IMG/VR virus record: IMGVR_UViG_3300046810_000256
Location: 19,007 to 83,006 of that record
Reading direction: 5' to 3' (one strand)
DNA length: 64,000 nt
DNA from: a virus
Shown here: one piece after another, positions 54,697 to 64,000 of the stretch
How positions within the stretch are numbered: position 1 is the stretch's first letter
Layout of the letters: each line of letters starts with the position of its first letter
Program-made: the position numbers and the translations under genes
Notes under the pieces: generated by a model
The model's database searches: none
The model's input: the letters and a program-made list of their open reading frames with translations, nothing else
Told to the model about the DNA's origin: nothing

Positions 54697-55854
54697 TTAC
54701 CGGGCAAAGAATCGCTTGATGTCCGCTCGATCCAGCGCCGTGAGCGTGGCCATGCTGACCTGCACCGTCAGATGTATGAAATTGCCTTGGGAGTCCTTCG
54801 GGCCATGCAACGGATAGCTGATCGACTCCACCACCATCGGCGAATAGGTCTGTGCCGCGTAGGTCAGCCCGAGCAGCTTCGGCGCGAAGGATGGAAACAG
54901 CGCCTTGATAAAGCTGTCGACGTCGCGCGCGGTTTGCACCACCTCGGACAAAATCCCCTCTTCGGCCAGCTCTTGCGGGAATACCCACTCCAGCAAGCGC
55001 TGCAATGGCGCCATCACTTCTTTGGCCGCGTCCGTAGTCGCGCGGAACTCCATACTGAAGTTCATTCGCACGGGCGGCGCCCCGCTGAACACCTGGCGCG
55101 AATTCAGCTTGGTCATGCCGGTGCGGCCTTCCAGCTCTTTCACCGCGGCCTTGAGCTTGTCGGCGCCCGCATCGATCATGCTGCCGATTTTGCCATTCGG
55201 GTCAGGGTTTACAGCCTGTAGCGCATTGAGTACCGGCACCAACGAACCGCTTTGAATCATTGCCGTCAGTGCAGGGGCTTTGGTTTCCGGCCCCATGTTT
55301 TCGAACGGGCTCTGCCAGTTCATTGGGGCTTCAAACGAACCCTCTTCCATGGGGCCAAATACCCCTTCGTATTCAGTGATGTCGGCCACGCCTTTGGAGT
55401 CGCACACGAATATGCGCGCCATCAACAGGGGCGACATGCTCCCCCAGTCGCTGCCCAAGTCATTGCTGGACATTCGCATGCCCAGCAATGAATCAACGGC
55501 GCCGCCAATCCCGAGCCCGGCAGTGTCGCCGTCGAGCAGGGCATTCACGGAACCGCTGATCTTCTCGCCAACTTCGGAAAAGGTGGTTTCCCCATTCCAC
55601 AGCGCCGAGACGGTACCGGTGACCGTCTCGGCGCCGCTTTTGAGCAGGTTCAGGTTCTCTTTGCCGCCGACGAACCCCGCAAGCGTGTTTTCCGCTTGCT
55701 TGGCCGCGCCAGTGATAAGACCCCCACCAACCCGGCCAGCAGCATTTGCAGCAGACCCCAGCAGTTTGTTCGACGTGCTCCCTGCCAGGGTGCCGGTCAC
55801 ACCCTTGAGGGAGCTGGACGCCCACTCGGCGCCCTTGTCGATGCTGAAGTTCAT
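54697..55854 (-). CDS. Baseplate/tube initiator protein (P1 PmgG-like) with Gly/Ala-rich N-terminus
   Basis: NWQSPFE...NSRQVFSG.PP...MVVESISYPL; synteny. Confidence 0.6.
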   Translation of the reverse strand: MNFSIDKGAEWASSSLKGVTGTLAGSTSNKLLGSAANAAGRVGGGLITGAAKQAENTLAGFVGGKENLNLLKSGAETVTGTVSALWNGETTFSEVGEKISGSVNALLDGDTAGLGIGGAVDSLLGMRMSSNDLGSDWGSMSPLLMARIFVCDSKGVADITEYEGVFGPMEEGSFEAPMNWQSPFENMGPETKAPALTAMIQSGSLVPVLNALQAVNPDPNGKIGSMIDAGADKLKAAVKELEGRTGMTKLNSRQVFSGAPPVRMNFSMEFRATTDAAKEVMAPLQRLLEWVFPQELAEEGILSEVVQTARDVDSFIKALFPSFAPKLLGLTYAAQTYSPMVVESISYPLHGPKDSQGNFIHLTVQVSMATLTALDRADIKRFFAR

Positions 55855-55857
55855 GGC

Positions 55858-56583
55858 TTACAGGCCCATTTTCCGGCGCAGGCGCATGGACTTCGCACGC
55901 TTGATCTTCGCCGCGCCACTGAAGGCCTTGCGCTGCATCTTGCGAACTGCCGCCTTCTGCGCCGCGTTGAGGCGAATGGTGCCCGCGATACGCTTGTTGA
56001 TGCGGATCTTCTTGCCGCCACGCACCACCACTTTTTTGCGGTAGGTTGCGTCCAGCATGTTGTCGTCGGTTTCATCACCGTCAACAAAGCGACCGGCATC
56101 GTCCAGCATGGCTTCTTCGCCATCCGGCAGCTTGTCCAGCAGCGCTTCATGCACGCGCTCGGCCACGTCATTGTCGAAAGAGGCATCGCCCAGCAGCGCG
56201 TCGATATCGTCGGCTGCAATGCCCTTGTCTTCCAGATAGTCGCCCACGACTTCAGCGACCATACCCGCGTATTGCACTTCGTCTTCGGTCAGGTCGTTTT
56301 CGCTGTGCGCGGCGGTACCGACGATCAGCGCCAGCAGGCGATCACCGTAGCCCTCATCACCGTCGAGGTCATCGGTTTGCGCCCACTCGGCGATCACGCG
56401 CGTGGCATCCAGGCGCATGTCCTCGGTGTACACAATGTCCGGCACTTCGTCGTTGTTGTTATTGTTCGGCAGTGCCGCGTTGTCGAGCATGTTGCCGTTA
56501 TTTTCGACTTGACCGGCAGCGGCCTTATGCACGGCGTCCGCCACGGCGTTCGAGTTTTTCAAGATGTCACTGATCAGGTACAT
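55858..56583 (-). CDS. P1 gp21-like virion protein
   Basis: Acidic body, very basic C-terminus (VVRGGK...AAQKAAVRK...RAKSMRLR). Confidence 0.65.
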   Translation of the reverse strand: MYLISDILKNSNAVADAVHKAAAGQVENNGNMLDNAALPNNNNNDEVPDIVYTEDMRLDATRVIAEWAQTDDLDGDEGYGDRLLALIVGTAAHSENDLTEDEVQYAGMVAEVVGDYLEDKGIAADDIDALLGDASFDNDVAERVHEALLDKLPDGEEAMLDDAGRFVDGDETDDNMLDATYRKKVVVRGGKKIRINKRIAGTIRLNAAQKAAVRKMQRKAFSGAAKIKRAKSMRLRRKMGL

Positions 56584-56593
56584 GTAAGCCCCC

Positions 56594-58249
56594 TTAAGAC
56601 TGGCGAACGATGGTTTGTTGAGCTTTGGTGATGCGGTTGGTGCCCTGGTAGCAGACGTCGTACATGACCGACATGATGTCGTAAGGCGCCGATTCGTCCG
56701 GTTGAGTCAATGTCTGCCAAGCAGCACCATTCAGCTCACCGGTACCGTTGAACCAACCCGCCGACTCACAGGCTGGCAGCAGGTTTTTAGCCATGAAACG
56801 GGTCATCATGGTGATGGCGTCGTTCATTGGCTTTTGCAGCGTTTCCTGACCGTAGGCCGAAACCTTGTCGTCAAGGAACGTCGCCATTTCGGCCACGGCG
56901 ATCAACTTGCTGGCGCCAGTGGTTTGCGCACCGGTCAGCGAGTCGAGCCAGGCGTATTTGCCGCCGCTGGTTGGGTAGTCCTTGAAGATGCACGGGTTGA
57001 TCTGGTTTTCCGCCAGCAGCTCCAGGTCATCCACTTCGTTCACGTCATACGTCTGCGTGATGTTGGTACCGCTCAGGCCGTAGTCGCTGCCTGCGATTAC
57101 ACGGTTACGCGGTGCGATGCCTTTGGCGTTCACCTGAGCATTACGCGCGCAGCGCAGGCCGATCTGCTGGCCGGAGGTACCGAAAAACGCCTTACCACCG
57201 GCAATCGGGTTGTCGCGCTTGAGCGGCGCCCAAAAGCACTGGCCGTACAGCGTTTTGACGCTGGCGCCAATCGACTGCACGAATACCACCGCCGCTTCCG
57301 GCGAGAGCCGGCCAGGCACGTCGAACGGGAACTGTTTATTCAGCTCTTTGCCCAGGTCAGCCATCAGCGCCAGCAGCGCTACGTTTTCGGTACCGCCAGC
57401 ATTCAGGTAGGTGAAATTCGGCTTCGCGCGGCGCAGACGATCCGCTGCGGCGGCCATTTCTGCCGCGGTGTAGACGGTTCGGCCTTCGGTGAAGTACTTC
57501 AACAGCGCCGAAGTGAACTTGTCCTGATTATTGGCCTTGCCGTAGAAGCCACAAGCCACCGGTACCGAGGCGTCAGCGGCGACCTCGATCACGTCCAGAT
57601 CGTCGGTACCCTTGTCGATGACGTCAGCGATGTAGCTGCTGTTACCGAACTCATCGGTAGCCCGCGGATCCAGCGAGCCGGTGAACGGCCCGATGATGGT
57701 CTTGCCGCTTACCTGATCAACGAACTGCACGGTGATGATCTTCGACGGCGCTGGCGCCCCCTGCTCCGTCTCAGCCGCTTGCGCGTTGATTTCACAGGTC
57801 AAGCCATCGTTAAAGCATTCGTGGTGCTTGAACGCGATCAGAGCGCCGTCTGGCAGACCATCGCTTTCAAGGCCAGTGCTCCATACAGCCGGTGCAGCAC
57901 CACCGTCCTCCGCCGGAATGCCCGTGCTCACGATCAGCAGCTTGTTCACGGCATCGGTGGCGATCAGGCGCGAAACGACAGCCTGCTGCATGCCATAACG
58001 CAGTGCTTCGTAAACTTGAATCTGCGCTTCACCCAATGGGGAAACGGTCAGGCTCACAGCGGCACCCAGCTTGCGGTCGAGACGTTCAAGCGATACCAGG
58101 GAGACTTTATCGACACGGCCACGGGTAAAGCGACCGATGAAGCCGCCGTTGTAATCCGAAGCGACAGAACCAATCTCGGACTTGTCCGCGATGTAGTTCT
58201 GCTGGACGCCGGAGCGCTTATTGATGGCGCGGGACATGTTTACAGTCAT
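56594..58249 (-). CDS. Tail sheath protein (P1 gp22-like)
   Basis: 551 aa; GRFTRGRVDK, SLDPRATDEFG, LAENQINP. Confidence 0.8.
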   Translation of the reverse strand: MTVNMSRAINKRSGVQQNYIADKSEIGSVASDYNGGFIGRFTRGRVDKVSLVSLERLDRKLGAAVSLTVSPLGEAQIQVYEALRYGMQQAVVSRLIATDAVNKLLIVSTGIPAEDGGAAPAVWSTGLESDGLPDGALIAFKHHECFNDGLTCEINAQAAETEQGAPAPSKIITVQFVDQVSGKTIIGPFTGSLDPRATDEFGNSSYIADVIDKGTDDLDVIEVAADASVPVACGFYGKANNQDKFTSALLKYFTEGRTVYTAAEMAAAADRLRRAKPNFTYLNAGGTENVALLALMADLGKELNKQFPFDVPGRLSPEAAVVFVQSIGASVKTLYGQCFWAPLKRDNPIAGGKAFFGTSGQQIGLRCARNAQVNAKGIAPRNRVIAGSDYGLSGTNITQTYDVNEVDDLELLAENQINPCIFKDYPTSGGKYAWLDSLTGAQTTGASKLIAVAEMATFLDDKVSAYGQETLQKPMNDAITMMTRFMAKNLLPACESAGWFNGTGELNGAAWQTLTQPDESAPYDIMSVMYDVCYQGTNRITKAQQTIVRQS

Positions 58250-58260
58250 TTGCAGCCCCC

Positions 58261-58617
58261 TTATTCAGCCGCATCGCTAGCGGCTTTATCAGCTGCTTTG
58301 CGTGGCGAAGTTTTTTCTTTAACGACATCCGGGACTTCGATAACCACAAAGTCTTCAGCGTCGCTGTTATAGCGGGCCGCCAATGCCGCGCTGTCGGTGA
58401 CCAACACCCATGCCTGCTCAAAGCTCTTGACCTTGAACGGCACGGCGATTTCGCCCGGCGCGATAACGTCATTCAGGCCCGTCGACGGCACCAGCAGAGG
58501 CTTGAACGACTTGTGGGTGATGGTTGCAGCAAATGGGAATACCCCAACTGCGCAGATGGCTGCCGCCAACTTGCTCGGGTCATCCCCGTCACCCTTCTTG
58601 ATTTGAATCTTCGCCAT
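58261..58617 (-). CDS. Hypothetical structural-operon protein
   Basis: Between capsid and sheath genes. Confidence 0.65.
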   Translation of the reverse strand: MAKIQIKKGDGDDPSKLAAAICAVGVFPFAATITHKSFKPLLVPSTGLNDVIAPGEIAVPFKVKSFEQAWVLVTDSAALAARYNSDAEDFVVIEVPDVVKEKTSPRKAADKAASDAAE

Positions 58618-59239
58618 ATTTCACCTGTAAGCCCTTGTCTGAATCCCAGCGCTCTCGCAGCGCACGGCCAGCGAATTCGCGTTTGATTGCGTCGTATTGC
58701 TTGGCCGTCGGGCACTGCACCGTTTTCTGAGCGAACTGCAAAAGCCTGGTGTTCAACGGGCGCACCACAAGGATGTTCCGGGTGTTGTTCACAAGGGTCA
58801 GTTCGGCAGGAAATTCGGCAATGTCCGGCAAACCCCACACCGAAGACTGTACGGCCTCGGCGGCACCTTCTTCGGCGGTGGTTTGCGTGCCTTCGGCGTC
58901 GTCAGCGTCATCGCTTTCAGGCGGCGGTTTCGGCTTCCAGTCCGCCGGGAATCGCCCCATGCCGGGGAAGAAAACCCGTTCCCGCACCACAAGCTGCGCG
59001 GTCGGCTGATCTGCCTGGCCAGCGCCATCACCCGGCGGCGCATCGGCAGCTGGTGCAGCGGTGGAATTCGTTACGGTTGAGGTGTCACCAGTTGCTGCCT
59101 TATCGACGGGTGAAGAAACGGGCGCATTCGCGCCCGTTTCTTTGGTGTCGAGGGCATCACTGGCTTTAGCAGCAGCCTGCCGAGGTGCCCGAGGCTTTTT
59201 AGCCCCGGATTCGCTGGCGGGTTTAGTTGGCTTAGCCAT
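58589..59239 (-). CDS. Hypothetical protein with low-complexity N-terminus
   Basis: Immediately downstream of capsid gene. Confidence 0.65.
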   Translation of the reverse strand: MAKPTKPASESGAKKPRAPRQAAAKASDALDTKETGANAPVSSPVDKAATGDTSTVTNSTAAPAADAPPGDGAGQADQPTAQLVVRERVFFPGMGRFPADWKPKPPPESDDADDAEGTQTTAEEGAAEAVQSSVWGLPDIAEFPAELTLVNNTRNILVVRPLNTRLLQFAQKTVQCPTAKQYDAIKREFAGRALRERWDSDKGLQVKYGEDSNQEG

Positions 59240-59251
59240 GTCGCCCCCTTA

Positions 59252-60934
59252 TCAGTCCACCAGTGTGTCGACGTTTTTGACGGTGATCAGCGCGCAGCCC
59301 ATTGCGGACAACTCGTGCGGGTTGATCTCGGTCAGGTTGCGGCCATACAGCGCCGCGCCCGACTTCAGGTCGCTCAGAATGCCCAGCGGGATCAGCGTCG
59401 GCGCCATAGCGTCGGAGAACACGATTGGGTTACGGGCAACCTGCGCCGCACGACCGATTGCCAACATTTCCAGGTCGGTGTCGGTTTCGTTGACGTGGCG
59501 CGGGGTGTAGTAGACGTCGTACTGGTTTTTGTAGCGGCCTACGCGGTACACACCTGGACGAGCCTGTACGCCCGACGGAGTGAAGTCATCCGCGCCCATG
59601 GTGCGGAAGTTGGAAGCGCCCTTGGCACCCACGAACAGGTAGGAAATACCGTATTCCATGGTGTTGTTGGCGACTTCTTGATCCACCTCGCCCATGAAGG
59701 CGGCGAAGTCGCGCCAGCGTTGAGCACGGGACTTTTGCAGCAGCTGGTTGGCCGCGTCGAAGTCGAACATCTTGCCGGTGATTGCCGCAACTTCACGCAG
59801 CTTTTCCAGTGCAAGGTAATAACGCTCGTTCGCCTGTTGACGACGGGCAGAGTTCACAGCAACGGTCAGGAAGTCCGCGCCCAGCTCGTTCTGCGCCTGG
59901 CTGCGCGCGCCTGGCGCGGTTTGCATCAGCACGCGGTATTCAGCGCAATACAGGCTGAAGCTCTCGGCCTTGGTCTTGATCGAAGGCGCCAGCTCAGGCT
60001 TGGCTTCGTAGTCGATGAAAGCCACGACTTTCGGGGAAACACCGGCAGGCAGAGCCGGGTTGAACGCCAGCGTACCGGTACCCACCTTGTAGCTGACAGA
60101 ACCCGAAATGGCGTATTTCGCGCCTTCGAAAGTCAGTTGACCTGCAATCTGGCGGTCATCGGTGTTGGCGTTAGGGTTGATTTCAATCGCCACCTTCAGA
60201 CCGTTGACCTTGACGTAAGTGCGAGTCGGCAGCAGCGGAACGCCTGCGCCAGCACCGGCCAAATCAGTTTTGAATGCGAAAGTCGCAGAAGCGCGGTCGC
60301 CAGCGATTTGCGGAACCACAGTGCGCTCAGGGCTGATGTAGTGCTGGCCGCTGTTCACGCCATCCAGAATGTCGCCATCTTTGTGCGCGCCGAAGTTGGA
60401 GCCCGCGGTAGTGTTGACGATGGCCAGCTTCGACTCGTTCGACGAGAGGTCAGACGGCAGATAGGCACCGATTGGCAGCGACTCTGCCAGACCACCACAA
60501 ATAGCCACGGCGATGCGGTTCGGCTGGTGAGACAGCGGGGTCGATTGCATCGAGCTGCTGACGCTATCCAGGGTCACGCCATTGAGCAGGACTGTCGAAC
60601 CTTCGGCAACCGACAAACCTTGCGCCAGTGCCGAGTCGATCATATCCGCCGACGGAACGAAACCATGCTCATACTCGAAACGACGGATACCGTCGAGCAA
60701 GGACGCGAGAACCTGCGGGCGGTGCTTTTCGTCCACAGCGGCCATCAACGGCGCCATACGAGCCGGAAGCATGTCATCGGGGTTTTTCAGCGCTTCGCCG
60801 ATGGCGGTAACTGCCGTTGGCGAGGTGCTGTCGAGCATGGCGCCACCAGCGCGGCTCAGGCGCAACAGCTCGTTAACCTTCTGCTCGTCCGCTGCCAGAG
60901 TCGTGTCGGGCGCGTAAATATTGCTCTTGCTCAT
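59252..60934 (-). CDS. Major capsid protein (P1 gp23-like)
   Basis: 560 aa; FIDYEAKPELAP, VYRVGR...VYYTP, IGRAAQVARNPIV; strong RBS and late promoter. Confidence 0.85.
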   Translation of the reverse strand: MSKSNIYAPDTTLAADEQKVNELLRLSRAGGAMLDSTSPTAVTAIGEALKNPDDMLPARMAPLMAAVDEKHRPQVLASLLDGIRRFEYEHGFVPSADMIDSALAQGLSVAEGSTVLLNGVTLDSVSSSMQSTPLSHQPNRIAVAICGGLAESLPIGAYLPSDLSSNESKLAIVNTTAGSNFGAHKDGDILDGVNSGQHYISPERTVVPQIAGDRASATFAFKTDLAGAGAGVPLLPTRTYVKVNGLKVAIEINPNANTDDRQIAGQLTFEGAKYAISGSVSYKVGTGTLAFNPALPAGVSPKVVAFIDYEAKPELAPSIKTKAESFSLYCAEYRVLMQTAPGARSQAQNELGADFLTVAVNSARRQQANERYYLALEKLREVAAITGKMFDFDAANQLLQKSRAQRWRDFAAFMGEVDQEVANNTMEYGISYLFVGAKGASNFRTMGADDFTPSGVQARPGVYRVGRYKNQYDVYYTPRHVNETDTDLEMLAIGRAAQVARNPIVFSDAMAPTLIPLGILSDLKSGAALYGRNLTEINPHELSAMGCALITVKNVDTLVD

Positions 60935-60986
60935 GTCTTACCTCGTTGCCAGTTTTTTGGGCTGCGCCCGATCTGTGTCAGCAACG

Positions 60987-61027
60987 ATTTTGGGACGTAA
61001 AAAACCCCCATCTGGATGGGGGTTTGC
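60987..61027 (-). promoter_or_regulatory. Late-promoter motif copy 8, overlapping terminator
   Basis: GCAAA-N30-CAAAAT; spacer CCCCCATC-CA-GATGGGGG-T6. Confidence 0.75.
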
Positions 61028-61051
61028 ATGGTTTTCGCGCCGCCGGGTCGC

Positions 61052-64000
61052 TTACTTGTGCAACACGATCAAGCGGGCATTTGCCGAGGTTTGCGCCAAA
61101 AGCGCATTGTCTTGGAACGTTCCGCCATCCAGCTTTTCGACATCGGCGTTGTGAGTGTCCAGCCAGGCGCGGAACTGCTCGGCCTTCTGATCCTGCCCAA
61201 AGAACACGCCCTCACCCGCAATCGCCACCAGCGTGCCGCCGCTGGCCAACATGCCGTAGGCGCGCATGATGTGCTCGGCGTCCTGGCGCTTGGAGAACGG
61301 CGGATTCATCAGAATTGCCTTATAGGGCTCGTCTGGCGTGAAGGTGTTGAAGTCTTGGGCGACCGCCGTATAACCCTTGAGCGTGAGGATGTCGCGCAGC
61401 TGACTGCTGATCTCGACCACGTCCACTTCGCCACCGGCAGCCGCTGCCGCGTCGGCAAGGTTGCCATTGCCCGCGCTCGGCTCCAGTACGCGCATGCCTT
61501 TACTGATCCGCGCCAGGCGCGCCATGCGGTGAGCCACGGCAACCGGAGTCGGGAAAAAGTCGATCCCTACTTTCTGGCCGACAATGGCACGCTCTGCTTT
61601 GACCACTGCGCTCTCTTCCTGCTTTTCCGCCAGATGCGGCAGCAGCGCCCTGCAAGCATCCTGCAACTGCGCGTCATTGGTGATGCCCATGCGGTTCAGA
61701 CGGTCGATCCGCGCCAGCATTTCCATCACGTCTTTCAAATCCCACTGTTCCTTGACCGTCCCCAGCACCTTGTATGCCTTGCGGGTGATGGCGATATCGC
61801 CGTCATTCACCAACGGCCAGCGCTCGACGCGGGCGCCCAGCTTGCTCAGGGCCGCGATCAATTTAGAGTTGCCCGCCGCGGCTTTCTTGGCCAGCGTCGT
61901 CGCCGCGCTCTTGTATCGACCAGACCACACCAGCCGCGGCGGCATGGTGACGTGTTGCAGCAGCTCGGGCCCAAACGGCTGGCCACGGCGCGCCAGCTGA
62001 TCGCTGTAGGTCAGTTGGCGCTCTGAGTCGTACTTTGCCCGGACAAGCGCATTGTTCAGCTCCTGTAACTGCGCGCGACTGTTGAGACTGGTCAGCGGCC
62101 CCGCCGCGCCGATTTCTATGGCGTCGGCAATGCTGTTGAGCGTCCTGCCGTCGGCCTCATCGGCAGCTGCTCGTGCATAGGCGCTCGCCGCCATCCCGGC
62201 CCGACGGTGCGTGTTGGTCTTGCGGTCAGCGTTCATGCCTTCCTGGCCACCGGCAATAGCCTTGTCACCGGCTGCGCGCAGTTTCTCCACCTGGTGGGAA
62301 ATGGCTTGCTGCTGTCGCTCCAGCGCCGCGCGAGTGTCACGTTCCTGCTTTTCCGCTTCCTGTTCCGGACTGAGCACTACCGGCGCCGGGGCGGCCTGAA
62401 TCGCGCTCGTGTCGCCCGCCAAGTGTTTTTCGCGGATGAAGTAACCGCCGTTCATGCGCCAGGTATAAGGATCGATGGCCTTCGCTTCGGCCAGCGTCAA
62501 ATCTGTGCGGATGATCCCGCGCAGCACCTTTTCGCGCTTGGTCGTGTACTCAATGATTTCGTACTGGGGCGCTGGCGCCGTGGGCGAATTTTTGACGCGC
62601 TCGGCCAGATGATCGTCTGCCCACTTGCGCACATAGGCCACGTACTCGTCTTTGTTGGCAGATATGCGCCCGCCCTTCTGCCGCTCAAACTCGCCCGCGC
62701 GGCTCCCGGCCCAACCGAGGAACCCGGCATTGCTGTTGTTGGTGGGCAGCTCTTCAAGCGTGTCGAGATAGGCCTGATAGATCGGGTTTTCGGATACCCC
62801 GGCGCCGATTGTCCGGTCAAACTTGGCCTGTTCTTGCGCATGGCGCTCAGCAACGATCCGGGCAGTTTCTTCGGCTACAGCTTGTTTGCGTTCCGCGTCC
62901 TGCTCTTGCGACTGTTGCTGTGTGGCCAATGCCTGCGCAGCGGTATCGATACTGTCCTGTTTGCGCTGTGCAATGGCGGCCTGTTCGTCCTGGTAGGCTT
63001 GCACGTCTTCCGGTGCTGCATCCTCACCGAACACCGTGCGGTACTTCTCCGCCCCCCAGCGCTGCGCCATCAGGCTTTTCAGCTCTGGCAGGTTGCGAGC
63101 AATGCCGGACAGCTCCCCGTCCGCCGCCACCGAAACACCGCCCTCGGCGTAGCTGTAGATGATCGCGCCCGATGGCAAAACCTCTTGTGAGCTCGGCAGA
63201 TACTGCGCCAGCCGCGCCTGGCTCTTGCTCAGCAAAAGCCCCGTCGACGTCTTGGAGTACTTCGCCTGATCAAGATAGGCATGCGCGTAGGCATCCAGCG
63301 CCGCAACGTCGCCCATCACCAGCACACCGCCATTCTTCTGCGGCAATAACCCGGTGATCAGCTGCTGACTTTTGGCCGGGGAACTGTGATCGTTTGCCGC
63401 TGGCGCGCTCGCGTCAACGGCGACCACTGCCAGTATGGTGATATTGATATCATCGTCTGCTACAGTGTCCTCGACGGCGTTTGGCTCCTGCACTTGAGGC
63501 AGAGCGTCAAGCATCCCGTTGGCGGCGTCATCGGAGCGGGGCCCTACCCCTGCATAATCCGTGACGCCGTTTTTGTATGCCTTCCAGCTACCACGCTCGG
63601 CGTGAGAAACGCTGTAGAACAAATTCCCCTTGCCGTCCTCGGCCACCGTCACACCCGCCGTCACCAGCAGATCGTCGACCTTCACCTGTTTCTGAATGAA
63701 GTAGAACGCCACAAATGCGTCATTGCGCTCTTTGTGCGGCTCCTGGCGCGCGCCAGCGGTACCGGTTTCCAGAATTTCACGCACGTACTCGATCAGACGG
63801 GCCTTGAGCACGTCCGATTTCATGCCCTGCTTGGACTTCTTCCAGCCGGTGCTGTTAACGCTCACCGGCCCCACCACGGACTGGATCAACTGCCCCTTCA
63901 GATGCTCCTGATAGAACTGCCGCGCCTTCTCAAACGCGACTTGGCCAGCCTCCGCGTCTGGCTTCTGTGGCTGGCCCAGCAGTGCGCGAATCGCCAGCCC
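61052..64000 (-). CDS. Large polyvalent (DarB/DdrB-like) protein with LPD3-like domain and C-terminal amino-methyltransferase; 5' end off window
   Basis: Frame open to 64000; DFFPTP, VLEPSAGNG (motif I), NPPF (motif IV). Confidence 0.8.
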   Translation of the reverse strand, partial: GLAIRALLGQPQKPDAEAGQVAFEKARQFYQEHLKGQLIQSVVGPVSVNSTGWKKSKQGMKSDVLKARLIEYVREILETGTAGARQEPHKERNDAFVAFYFIQKQVKVDDLLVTAGVTVAEDGKGNLFYSVSHAERGSWKAYKNGVTDYAGVGPRSDDAANGMLDALPQVQEPNAVEDTVADDDINITILAVVAVDASAPAANDHSSPAKSQQLITGLLPQKNGGVLVMGDVAALDAYAHAYLDQAKYSKTSTGLLLSKSQARLAQYLPSSQEVLPSGAIIYSYAEGGVSVAADGELSGIARNLPELKSLMAQRWGAEKYRTVFGEDAAPEDVQAYQDEQAAIAQRKQDSIDTAAQALATQQQSQEQDAERKQAVAEETARIVAERHAQEQAKFDRTIGAGVSENPIYQAYLDTLEELPTNNSNAGFLGWAGSRAGEFERQKGGRISANKDEYVAYVRKWADDHLAERVKNSPTAPAPQYEIIEYTTKREKVLRGIIRTDLTLAEAKAIDPYTWRMNGGYFIREKHLAGDTSAIQAAPAPVVLSPEQEAEKQERDTRAALERQQQAISHQVEKLRAAGDKAIAGGQEGMNADRKTNTHRRAGMAASAYARAAADEADGRTLNSIADAIEIGAAGPLTSLNSRAQLQELNNALVRAKYDSERQLTYSDQLARRGQPFGPELLQHVTMPPRLVWSGRYKSAATTLAKKAAAGNSKLIAALSKLGARVERWPLVNDGDIAITRKAYKVLGTVKEQWDLKDVMEMLARIDRLNRMGITNDAQLQDACRALLPHLAEKQEESAVVKAERAIVGQKVGIDFFPTPVAVAHRMARLARISKGMRVLEPSAGNGNLADAAAAAGGEVDVVEISSQLRDILTLKGYTAVAQDFNTFTPDEPYKAILMNPPFSKRQDAEHIMRAYGMLASGGTLVAIAGEGVFFGQDQKAEQFRAWLDTHNADVEKLDGGTFQDNALLAQTSANARLIVLHK

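Noticed and set aside
56615-61000. Long plus-strand ORFs (585 and 561 aa; similarly 14337-15587, 12932-14284, 9079-10065)
   Set aside because: Antisense shadows of high-GC genes on the minus strand, with no recognisable motifs
1-64000. CRISPR array, rRNA, intact tRNA, IS element, reverse transcriptase/DGR
   Set aside because: No regularly spaced repeats and no such motifs seen; ATCCCCG resembles part of type I-E repeats but the copies are dispersed singletons

Overview
The whole window is one continuous P1/D6-related myovirus (phage-plasmid-type gene set), about 60% GC by eye. The host is probably a pseudomonad, inferred from the Pseudomonas-type RdgC, YejK and tail-collar fibres. Almost everything is on the minus strand. 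It holds a partial Hdf/DarA-like gene at the left edge, then baseplate, tail fibre, tape measure, protease and portal genes (1.1-18.6 kb), a packaging operon (20-26.6 kb) and a long run of small early genes (27-45 kb, with YejK, Ref and a replication initiator containing iterons). A short plus-strand block (RdgC, P4-type integrase) follows, then the lysis cassette, tail tube/sheath/capsid genes and a partial polyvalent methyltransferase at the right edge. P1 names are assigned from recalled motifs and synteny, not from a database search. Most notable: (1) the large terminase has two degenerate paralogs in its own operon, one of the ATPase domain and one of the nuclease domain, and there is a degenerate tail-tube paralog; (2) an ORF-free, densely base-paired stretch of about 520 nt at 420-945, ending in a terminator-like hairpin, is a candidate large ncRNA; (3) three regulatory motif families can be read directly: an exact GCAAA-N30-NANNNT late-promoter motif (8 copies), a dispersed ATCCCCGGAC operator-like 10-mer (8 perfect copies) and a triplicated early promoter, plus LexA boxes.
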